From positions 17,932 through 81,931 of the IMG/VR virus record IMGVR_UViG_3300032313_000840: 64,000 bases of DNA. One strand, 5' to 3'. The stretch comes from a virus. This document shows positions 20,345 through 28,126 of the stretch, in pieces (position 1 is the first letter of the stretch; each line of letters opens with the position of its first letter). The notes below the pieces were generated by a model. It did no database searches, had not been told where the DNA came from, and saw nothing but the letters and a program-made list of their open reading frames with translations. A program made the position numbers and the translations under genes.

Positions 20345-20783
20345 CGGTCTTCTGCCAATTATTCAAAATCCAACTTGAAGAATTTTTCTTATCTTCTCCA
20401 CCAACTCCAAACATGAAAGAAAGATTATTGTCTTGATAATCCATCTCAGGAATGTTTTTTCCATTTCTATCTCCACCATTGGCAAAGATAATATGGGCAT
20501 CGGGATATTTCATTCTCACTCTGTGAATTGCATCTTTTGCACTATTGTCAGAATCATCAAAGTCAATAACTTCATCAACTCCCTTAATGTTCTGCATGAT
20601 GGTTGCTCTTTCCTCAAATGGTAAGAAACTTTTACCTTTTTTTCTTACAAGCCATTCGTCGGAATTTACTCCAGCGATTAGATGTGTTCCATGTTTACGT
20701 GCAGCAGCAACATATGCAATGTGACCACTGTGAACTGGATCAAATCCACCTGTAATCAAAACGATTGTTAAACTTTTATTCAT
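20331..20783 (-). CDS. cytidylyltransferase-family protein (TagD/RfaE-like)
   Basis: GGFDPVHSGH (HxGH), GVNSD.WL.RKKG, FANGGDR, KKNSSS. Confidence 0.88.
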   Translation of the reverse strand: MNKSLTIVLITGGFDPVHSGHIAYVAAARKHGTHLIAGVNSDEWLVRKKGKSFLPFEERATIMQNIKGVDEVIDFDDSDNSAKDAIHRVRMKYPDAHIIFANGGDRNGKNIPEMDYQDNNLSFMFGVGGEDKKNSSSWILNNWQKTDGNS

Positions 20784-20800
20784 TGTGGTTAATTACTTTC

Positions 20801-21265
20801 TTATTCCACAACCTCATAGCCATTCTTGATTCTAACTTCTTCGCAAAATGTATGACAATCAATTGCAGATCTGCATAGTTTTCCGGGCTTTCCGGTAACC
20901 TCACAAATCTTGTAAGATTCATCTTCTGCAGTATCAATCAACTTTCGAACATCATGATATAGTTTGTCATTGTCTGTGTTCATCATGTAATAGAACCGAA
21001 GACCACCAAACTTTTCTTTGATCTGAAGAAGCATGAACATAGGCTGTTCAGGATTTTCCTTGATATTCTTTCTCTCTTCATCAAGAAGAACAGAAAGATC
21101 AGAGCAGAGTTTATCAACAAGTAGATACCAACCACTTGGAAGATTATATGGCGAACTATGAACCATACCCTTGAAAACAGAAGGATAGTCTTCAATCAGT
21201 TTATCAATTGGATCTGCGTACTCTTTTAGTTCAATAGGATTCATTCGTCTTTTCCTTTCCCCCAA
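20801..21265 (-). CDS. conserved phage hypothetical (QIKEKFGGLRFY family)
   Basis: GW..L...QIKEKFGGLRFY...S..ICEVTG.PG. Confidence 0.75.
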   Translation of the reverse strand: MGERKRRMNPIELKEYADPIDKLIEDYPSVFKGMVHSSPYNLPSGWYLLVDKLCSDLSVLLDEERKNIKENPEQPMFMLLQIKEKFGGLRFYYMMNTDNDKLYHDVRKLIDTAEDESYKICEVTGKPGKLCRSAIDCHTFCEEVRIKNGYEVVE

Positions 21266-21441
21266 CCAGTTCCATGGTTGTAGGCAGTGATTATAGATTC
21301 CTTAGTCTCCAGTGCACAGTTACGCTGCACACGGAGTACACGAATTTCTTCTGCGGCATCTCGGCAAACTTCAAATACTTCTCGGTTTGCATCGTGCCAC
21401 TTATCGGCCATATTTCTCAAACGTAGTTCAATGTCTTTCAT
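21241..21441 (-). CDS. hypothetical protein
   Basis: DIE.RLR...DAAEEI..LR phage motif. Confidence 0.6.
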   Translation of the reverse strand: MKDIELRLRNMADKWHDANREVFEVCRDAAEEIRVLRVQRNCALETKESIITAYNHGTGWGKGKDE

Positions 21442-21449
21442 AGGTTTAG

Positions 21450-21524
21450 TGATCCTGACGGGATTCGAACCCGTGTTGTGGCCTTGAAAGGGCCGCGTCC
21501 TTGACCAGACTAGACGACAGGACC
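21450..21524 (-). tRNA. tRNA-Glu(TTC)
   Basis: CGGCC-CTTTCAA-GGCCA, GTTCGAATC. Confidence 0.9.
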
Positions 21525-21530
21525 ATTGTA

Positions 21531-21713
21531 TTAGTCAAACTTTGCGCGAATTTCGTTAGCGAGGAAGGCGACCATCATACCAATAATGCTGCCAACCAAT
21601 GCACCTTCGTAGTTAAAGTGATATGCCATGCCAATCATGTTAATCATGGCAAGAAGAGTCAGAGGAACGGTAAGTTTGTTGATTACGGTTTTCATGCCTT
21701 CAGTATACACCAT
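21531..21713 (-). CDS. small two-TM membrane protein (start probably MKTV at 21695)
   Basis: Two hydrophobic segments; TTGACA..TATACT upstream. Confidence 0.55.
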   Translation of the reverse strand: MVYTEGMKTVINKLTVPLTLLAMINMIGMAYHFNYEGALVGSIIGMMVAFLANEIRAKFD

Positions 21714-21745
21714 ATAGAACCCCTGTCAAACATAAATATTGTAGT

Positions 21746-22051
21746 ATGAAGTCTTTTAAAGAATTTCTTATTGAATCTTCGGCTGCATGGCAACGCTCAG
21801 AGGGCAAAGATCCTGAAGGGGGCCTGAACCGTAAAGGTGTTGCATCTTACCGTAGAGAGAATCCTGGCTCAAAACTCTCCATGGCCGTGACAACCAAGCC
21901 ATCCAAGTTAAAGCCAGGATCAAAAGCCGCAAAAAGAAGAAAATCCTTCTGCAGCCGCATGAAGGGTATGAAAGCTAAACTTACTTCTGCAAAGACCGCA
22001 AGAGATCCCGATTCAAGAATCAATAAGTCCTTGCGTAAATGGAATTGTTAA
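21746..22051 (+). CDS. basic late protein (AWQRSEGKDPEGGLN family) with capsid-targeting-like N-terminus
   Basis: MKSFKEFLIE; widespread phage motif RRKSFCSRM...SRINKSLRKWNC. Confidence 0.8.
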   Translation: MKSFKEFLIESSAAWQRSEGKDPEGGLNRKGVASYRRENPGSKLSMAVTTKPSKLKPGSKAAKRRKSFCSRMKGMKAKLTSAKTARDPDSRINKSLRKWNC

Positions 22052-22299
22052 TTTTTACTTTCTTTGAAGTAAATTAAAACTTCTGCAATTCCCAAAGCAA
22101 TTACTGGTAGAAACGTAGCCCCAGCAAACCACCAAAATGGTACGGTATGTTCTACCATTAGACTTCACATCCAGTCTTCTTTTTCTTTGTAAGAAAATAT
22201 TTTATCATTCCTTCGATCATTCCAAAGATCATCAAAGGAAATATAATCATGAAACAAAGAGTGAGTACAGAAACTCTTTTAAATTCTTCAATGAAAAGA

Positions 22300-23058
22300 T
22301 CAATGGATCGCATATGTGTCCAGTTTTAAAGATCCATCTGAATCTTCATAAAGAAATGTGCAGTTGTCTTTTTCTGTCCAGCAGCCACAGTTGGCATATG
22401 TAATATTATTTACAGTATACAACTTAGGTTCGTGCAAATGACCACAGACAACTCCATCATATTTTTTTTCCTTGGCGTATTTGATAACAACGCTTTCAAA
22501 GCTTTCGATAAACTGGGCTGCTCTCTTTACTTTAATCTTCACATACTTTGAGATAGACCAGTATCTCATTCCCATCATTCTTCTGCACCAATTGAACCAA
22601 TCATTGATTTCCAATATTAGTTCATATGCATAATCACCAAGTTTGTAGATATAGGAACTGACAGGAAACTTTGTAAGAAAGTCAAACTGATGTCCATGAA
22701 GAATAAGAAACTTCTTTCCTGAAGAAGTAGTATATTCTTCTCGTTCACTCAAACTGATATTACCAAAGATATGATGGCCTGAAAACTTTGCCATGAACTC
22801 ATCATGATTTCCATAGATGTAATGAATCTTTGTTCCCTTGCGAGAAAGTTTGAGCAATCTTTCGATCACTTCCATATGGTGATTTTGTTTCTCGGCATTC
22901 ATTGAGAATGCCTGTTTGAATCTCCATATATCGATAATATCTCCCACAAGGAAGATATTATCAAATTCATTATTTTTTAGAAAAGCAATAAGAGGCTTTG
23001 TCTTTGCTTTCTTGGAAGCCAAATGAAAGTCTGAAAGAAAGACAGTCTTGTAATGCAT
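22300..23058 (-). CDS. LpxH-like metallophosphoesterase (UDP-2,3-diacylglucosamine hydrolase family)
   Basis: SDFHL, GDIID, GNHD, HGHQFD, CGHLH, N.GCW. Confidence 0.85.
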   Translation of the reverse strand: MHYKTVFLSDFHLASKKAKTKPLIAFLKNNEFDNIFLVGDIIDIWRFKQAFSMNAEKQNHHMEVIERLLKLSRKGTKIHYIYGNHDEFMAKFSGHHIFGNISLSEREEYTTSSGKKFLILHGHQFDFLTKFPVSSYIYKLGDYAYELILEINDWFNWCRRMMGMRYWSISKYVKIKVKRAAQFIESFESVVIKYAKEKKYDGVVCGHLHEPKLYTVNNITYANCGCWTEKDNCTFLYEDSDGSLKLDTYAIH

Positions 23059-23067
23059 TTCTAATAT

Positions 23068-23502
23068 TTATCGCCGTCTAGAGAATGCAACCACGGAAGC
23101 CATCGCTACAAGCAATCCAATTCCCGGAGCAGGGACATGAGGATGGGGATCGTCAGTGAGTTCTTCAGGCACAAGATTCATGCAGACGTTTTCAATGCGG
23201 TCATACTGAATCGGAATAGTAAAGTCTTGGTCAACCATCTGAATGGTCTTGACAAGATTGCCATTGTTGTAAATCTTGTAGATCCAATAGCCTTCAGCCC
23301 TACCCATGAATAGATTGTTTCCAATAATCAACACTGGAACCGTAGGTAGATTGATTGCTTCCGTAGTCGGCACAGGCATTGTATAAGACAAATCAAAAGT
23401 CAGAGGCTTATCAAAGTGTTCTCCAAGATAAGTCGAACCCTGATAAACGGAACGGTCAATAACCTGACCGGACATATAAAGAGTAGAAACAGAAGTAATC
23501 AT
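23068..23502 (-). CDS. PEP-CTERM-like (VPAPG) sorting-domain protein
   Basis: C-term VPAPG plus hydrophobic stretch plus RRR. Confidence 0.7.
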   Translation of the reverse strand: MITSVSTLYMSGQVIDRSVYQGSTYLGEHFDKPLTFDLSYTMPVPTTEAINLPTVPVLIIGNNLFMGRAEGYWIYKIYNNGNLVKTIQMVDQDFTIPIQYDRIENVCMNLVPEELTDDPHPHVPAPGIGLLVAMASVVAFSRRR

Positions 23503-23538
23503 ATTTTATTATACCTTAATAAAGAAGACAGTCAAGTA

Positions 23539-24141
23539 TCAATTAAAGAACTTTTCCAAAGAGTTATTCTCTACAGTTTGTACAGATTTAATTTCACTGA
23601 TAAACCTGTCAATCGTATAAGATTTGGACAATTCCATGTGATCGTCAATTCCAAAAGTAATTAAAGGACAGAAAAAATTATAGATATCATTTTTAACCAT
23701 TTGATCGAATTGATCTATGACTTTATCAATAATTTTTTTGGGCATCAATAAATTGTTTTCTCTTTTCAAAGTGAAAACCATCAGATATCCCAATTTATAT
23801 TCATTGTCATAATGTTTTACATCAATGGCAGAACCAATAGCCTCTTCTATTCTGTTTCCTATATTTCTTTTTAAATTTCCGTATGGGCTTGAGTTTTTAT
23901 GGGCCGTTAAAATAAACTGAGATTGCTGTTGTGTTGCAATAGTCTTATACTCTATTGCAACTTTTTTCAATGGGAAATGAATATCCCATTTTTTTGATCC
24001 TCTATACAATGTTTTTATTTTATCTTCAGTAATTGAATTGCAGTTTACTTCTCTGTGTAAATGTGAATTGAGAGAGTTAAAATGTTTATTGCTAGTAACA
24101 CGGACCTGAGTCCAATAATCATTTAAAAAACTCAGGTCCAT
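23539..24141 (-). CDS. restriction-endonuclease-like protein (PaeR7I/XhoI-like PD-(D/E)XK)
   Basis: KKWDI..AIEYK...N..NRIEEAIGSA.DV; AT-rich. Confidence 0.6.
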   Translation of the reverse strand: MDLSFLNDYWTQVRVTSNKHFNSLNSHLHREVNCNSITEDKIKTLYRGSKKWDIHFPLKKVAIEYKTIATQQQSQFILTAHKNSSPYGNLKRNIGNRIEEAIGSAIDVKHYDNEYKLGYLMVFTLKRENNLLMPKKIIDKVIDQFDQMVKNDIYNFFCPLITFGIDDHMELSKSYTIDRFISEIKSVQTVENNSLEKFFN

Positions 24142-24144
24142 AAT

Positions 24145-24528
24145 TTATTCCATATCCGTTTTGCGAAACTGATTATTATTGTCGTCAGCTTCCCAAACCA
24201 TCCCGTCCATTTCATTATTGTCATTGGGTCCAAAGAATCCCAATGCGTTGTCTATATCTGCCTTATCGTCCAAAGCCTGCTGCTGCTTCATCTTCTCCAT
24301 GCGCTCCGGTGTACGGAACTTCTTCATGAAGTCACACTTGCAATGGTCAAACTCACGATCATCAGCGTGAATGAGAAGCCCGTCCCATTCATTGCACCAA
24401 TGCCATCCATCGTCAAGTTCCTGTGCGGTCAGCATGACGCTCTCATCGCCATTAAAGGGCTGCATGAGGTAGTTCCAACGCTCTTGAGTCATTTTGTGTT
24501 TGTCAATCATTGGAAAATTACTTTCCAA
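24145..24528 (-). CDS. hypothetical protein
   Basis: 127 aa, GWHWCNEWDGL. Confidence 0.6.
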   Translation of the reverse strand: MESNFPMIDKHKMTQERWNYLMQPFNGDESVMLTAQELDDGWHWCNEWDGLLIHADDREFDHCKCDFMKKFRTPERMEKMKQQQALDDKADIDNALGFFGPNDNNEMDGMVWEADDNNNQFRKTDME

Positions 24529-24700
24529 AAGTAATGGTGATCTTCTCAGCCAATTGAACGCACAGCATCATCATCATGAATGCCGTCCCAAGAAACATGA
24601 CGGTGACGGCAACATCCACGAGGAAGCCCAACACACCCTGTTCGGGAAAGAGGCTGAGGGTTTTGGTGACGGTCTTGGTGTTCTTTTTCTTGGTAGCCAT
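24518..24700 (-). CDS. small membrane protein
   Basis: Basic N-term plus single long hydrophobic helix. Confidence 0.55.
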   Translation of the reverse strand: MATKKKNTKTVTKTLSLFPEQGVLGFLVDVAVTVMFLGTAFMMMMLCVQLAEKITITFGK

Positions 24701-24702
24701 GT

Positions 24703-24933
24703 TTATTTCTTTTCTGAATGATTGATAAAGTCGGTTTCGTGCTTGAGGAAATCATCTTCAACCACATAGATGTTATGCGAGATCTTGTCCAACATATCTT
24801 GAATCTCAACCTGCGAGATGGTTCCATCCATGACATCATTACGCAGAAGATCAATCTGTTCAATGACGATGGAAAGTTTTTCCATTGCTTTGAAGAAGCG
24901 CTTCGGGCTCTTGGTCTTGGTCTTGGTAGCCAT
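24703..24933 (-). CDS. hypothetical protein
   Basis: AAGGA RBS, operon packing. Confidence 0.6.
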   Translation of the reverse strand: MATKTKTKSPKRFFKAMEKLSIVIEQIDLLRNDVMDGTISQVEIQDMLDKISHNIYVVEDDFLKHETDFINHSEKK

Positions 24934-24934
24934 G

Positions 24935-25198
24935 TTAGTCCTTGTTGTATTCCTGATTGGTCATACGATTGATGCTACGAATATAGCCGTAACGACGACG
25001 AGCGCAAGCAACTATGCGCTTGTATTCCTTGGCGGTGCAGTAGAAGTGAAGGTCGAATGCCTTGCCTCCAATCATCATACCGGAGCCAACGAACATTCGA
25101 CTGTAACGCTTTTCCAACCCACGGGAAATTTCAAAATAGTTTCCACGGTTGTACTGGAAAAAGTAGTGGTACTTGGGTTCTTTCTTGGTCTTAAGCAT
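24935..25198 (-). CDS. hypothetical protein
   Basis: AGGAG RBS before MLKTKK at 25198. Confidence 0.6.
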   Translation of the reverse strand: MLKTKKEPKYHYFFQYNRGNYFEISRGLEKRYSRMFVGSGMMIGGKAFDLHFYCTAKEYKRIVACARRRYGYIRSINRMTNQEYNKD

Positions 25199-25379
25199 TG
25201 TTGTTCTCCTTGTAGCAGTCCCAGCCGCGCACTGCTGCAGTCTCGCGGGGCGTATTACCAGTATCCAAGCCCTGCCAAACGCACACCTCCCGGCGAGCCT
25301 CATCGCGTTCAGCACGGAGTTGTTCAATTTCGTCAGCGATCTGTTGACCAGTAGTAGGTGGTTTGATTCTCATGCCCAT
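25191..25379 (-). CDS. hypothetical protein (LRAERDEARREVC motif)
   Basis: TTGACT..TATACT promoter upstream. Confidence 0.6.
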   Translation of the reverse strand: MGMRIKPPTTGQQIADEIEQLRAERDEARREVCVWQGLDTGNTPRETAAVRGWDCYKENNNA

Positions 25380-25430
25380 AGTATAGCCCTTACCCAGCCG
25401 AAGTCAAGCAAGAGAGTGATAAATATCTAC

Positions 25431-25835
25431 ATGAAAAGTTTTAAACAATTTTTGCTTGAATCAACCAATCTCTACGAAGAGAAGGATGCCTGCTACCGCC
25501 AAGCCATGAAGTCATACGGCAAGTGGTCAGCAAGAGCAGCCCAAGCCACCGCCAAGTGCCGCAAGGCCAAGGGTGATGTACGCAAGAGCAAGGAAGGGGC
25601 CAACCTCAAGCGTTGGGAGAAGGAAGATTGGAAGGATACCAAGTCAGGCAAAGATTGTGGTGCAGGGGGCAAGAATGAGTATTGCAGACCCACCAAGCGG
25701 GTCAGCAAAGAAACCCCCAAGACACGATCAGAGATGTCATCAAAAGAGTTGAAGAGCAAGAAGGCCGAGAAGTCAAGAGTGGGAATGCATGGGGCATCAG
25801 GAAAGAAAGTCTCACCAACAAAGAGAAGCACATGA
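25431..25835 (+). CDS. basic late protein (KDACY...LKRW.KEDW...YCRP family)
   Basis: GATAAATA upstream; MKSFKQFLLE. Confidence 0.75.
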   Translation: MKSFKQFLLESTNLYEEKDACYRQAMKSYGKWSARAAQATAKCRKAKGDVRKSKEGANLKRWEKEDWKDTKSGKDCGAGGKNEYCRPTKRVSKETPKTRSEMSSKELKSKKAEKSRVGMHGASGKKVSPTKRST

Positions 25836-26377
25836 AGAAATTTAAAGAATTTTTAAGTGAGGATGCACAGGAGTTCTCATCAGCCGGAACCAGCATCAAC
25901 AAGAACAAACTTCCAACTGGCTACTCAACTGTGCATAAGAAGATTGGCTGGCAGAAGGGGACTACCCACATTGATATTGGTGGGGGTAAGTTTGACAATG
26001 GTGTAGAATTTTTACAAAATTTGGGAGTGAATGCTCATGTCTACGATCCCTACAACCGCCCAGCAGAACACAATCAGAAGGTCATGGAGACTGTAGGGAA
26101 AGAAGGGGCAGATACCGCATCTCTCTTCAATGTTCTGAATGTCATCAAGGAACCCGAATACCGCCATGAGGCTCTGAAAACTGCACATAGCACACTCAAG
26201 CCCGGTGGAAAAATATTCATTTCAATCTACGAAGGCGACAAGTCAGGCCAAGGAAAGAAAACCAAGAAAGATTCGTGGCAGAACAACGCCCCAACACAAG
26301 CATACCTAGAAGATGTAAGAAAGGTGTTTCCTAATGCAACAATGCAGCATGGAATCATACACGGAGTCAAACAATGA
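25832..26377 (+). CDS. class I SAM-dependent methyltransferase with capsid-targeting-like N-terminus
   Basis: IDIGGGKFD, YDPY, NVLNVI, LKPGG; starts MKKFKEFLSE. Confidence 0.8.
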   Translation: MKKFKEFLSEDAQEFSSAGTSINKNKLPTGYSTVHKKIGWQKGTTHIDIGGGKFDNGVEFLQNLGVNAHVYDPYNRPAEHNQKVMETVGKEGADTASLFNVLNVIKEPEYRHEALKTAHSTLKPGGKIFISIYEGDKSGQGKKTKKDSWQNNAPTQAYLEDVRKVFPNATMQHGIIHGVKQ

Positions 26378-26547
26378 AGAAATTTAAAGAATTCTTAGAA
26401 AATTTTGAAGCATACATGGATAAGCCAAAGGGAAAGGGTTGGAGAAGTGCAAAATCAAAGATTGCACCAACCACAGAGATTACATCTCAAGAGGACACCT
26501 CTCAAGAAGAGATAGCCAATGGATTGGACATGGAAGGTACGAAGTAA
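26374..26547 (+). CDS. small late protein (57 aa, MKKFKEFLE...)
   Basis: ATGA-coupled to methyltransferase; not in ORF track. Confidence 0.6.
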   Translation: MKKFKEFLENFEAYMDKPKGKGWRSAKSKIAPTTEITSQEDTSQEEIANGLDMEGTK

Positions 26548-26551
26548 GCGA

Positions 26552-27091
26552 TTATCTTTCCCAATAGACTGTCTCGCCTCTTTCGTAAAATTTTAAATTA
26601 TTCTTGGAATCTTCTTTCACGAAGTGCTTATCCTTCACCGTGAAGTGATTATTGGGAACAAGGGCAAAGTACCCACAGTCAAGCGTTATCAGACTCAAGG
26701 GCTTGTGTTCGGCTGGGTAGCGGGAATATCCGTCCTCCCAGTCGATTATTATTCCAGTATGTCTACCATTCAACCCCGTATGAAAGACACTCACAGGTAG
26801 CCCCTCCAAGTAGGTTGTCATAAAAGTTTCAATATTATTGCCCATTCCACCCCAAGGTTGAATATTAGCATTACTGTTATTATCAAAGACAGCAGTAGTG
26901 GACAAGGCACAAAGGGGAAGACCAGACCAATGTGCGCCAGATTCAAGAAGCACATGGCAGTATATTAACTGACCCGGACGAGAATATACACCATGCCATA
27001 TAGCAGGAGTATATCCATCAGGCATATTAGGTCCAAGAAAAGAATTTTTAACATTTACATATAAATGATATGGTAAAGTAGCATTTCTCAT
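26552..27091 (-). CDS. conserved phage hypothetical protein
   Basis: HVLLESGAHWSGLP...EHK....LDCG.FALVPNN. Confidence 0.7.
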   Translation of the reverse strand: MRNATLPYHLYVNVKNSFLGPNMPDGYTPAIWHGVYSRPGQLIYCHVLLESGAHWSGLPLCALSTTAVFDNNSNANIQPWGGMGNNIETFMTTYLEGLPVSVFHTGLNGRHTGIIIDWEDGYSRYPAEHKPLSLITLDCGYFALVPNNHFTVKDKHFVKEDSKNNLKFYERGETVYWER

Positions 27092-27149
27092 TATAAAGAA
27101 ATATACAATAAAATACAAGAAAGTCAATGAACAAAGAGAGGGATATACA

Positions 27150-27990
27150 GGGGGGTAAAGGTGGGGGAGAGTGGGAGTGTGTGGGGTAAAGAAATTTTAA
27201 GAATATTTTGAGAAGATTGAGTTAGACCCCATCCCTCAAAGCCCCTTCGTTTGCCCTTTAACGCCCTTTAGAGCCCTTTTAAGCCCTTCAAGGCCCCTAG
27301 AGAGCCTTTAAAGCCCGTTCGCCTATAAGGCATTCTAGCCTGTCAAGCAATTCTTAGAGATATTATACAATTTTTAAGAAATTTTAGACAATTATAGAAA
27401 CCGTCCATACAATCCTAGATACCGTCCAGGCAATCCAGGCTCTGTCCAGCTCAATCCCGTCCAAGGGGAGAGCAATTATTATAATTTCCAGAATACCGTC
27501 CTATATCCCGTCCAGACCATGTCCTGGTGTGTGCCATACGGTATACCCCCAGGAACCCCTGATAGTAGCCAGGATTTTCAGAAATTTTTGAATCCTGTCC
27601 TGAATCCCGTCCGCTAATATTTTCAATTTTATTTGAAACTTCCAAGGGACGGATAACCATGGCACCGGCCAGACCGATAACCACGAGTCCGATAAGTATA
27701 GCACCGATAACGGTCAACGTCCGATAACCCCCTGCCTCACATCTGACGATTATAGGACACAGAGGCTGGGGGGTTATCGGTCGCATGAACAGTCTGATAA
27801 CTATACACCAGATCTGGGGGTAGTCAAGTACTAGACCACAAGTCCGATAAGACGTCTGAGCTGGAGCTCCTGGATCCAGGAACCCGGTCCAGTGAATTAA
27901 TTAAATTATTATTCTGTCCCAGAGACGCTCGCCGGCCTCTCCCAGCTCCAGCTGCACGCCGTCCCGTCCAGACTGCTAATATCGCCCCGT
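27150..27990. repeat. non-coding low-complexity repeat region (left border of GC-rich island)
   Basis: G-runs 27150-27187; ~10-bp periodic GCCCTT repeats 27241-27325; CCGTCC repeats; about 6 CCGATAA(C) repeats 27650-27852. Confidence 0.75.
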
Positions 27991-27993
27991 CCA

Positions 27994-28054
27994 GACTACT
28001 ATCAGGGGACGCGGAAATAAATCAAATTTCCTCGGAGGAAATTTGATAGTAGTC
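27994..28054. repeat. nested inverted-repeat module copy 1
   Basis: GACTACTATCAG...ATCAAATTTCCT-CGG-AGGAAATTTGAT-AGTAGTC. Confidence 0.85.
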
Positions 28055-28126
28055 CAGGTACACAGCCACCCAGGACTGGCTCTCTCCTTCCAGTCCTGGG
28101 CGACCATGTATGAATTAAAAACGATC

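Noticed and set aside
27451-27786. 111-aa minus-strand ORF with hydrophobic stretch
   Set aside because: Lies in the CCGATAAC/CCGTCC repeat tract and its sequence is explained by the repeats; not fully excluded
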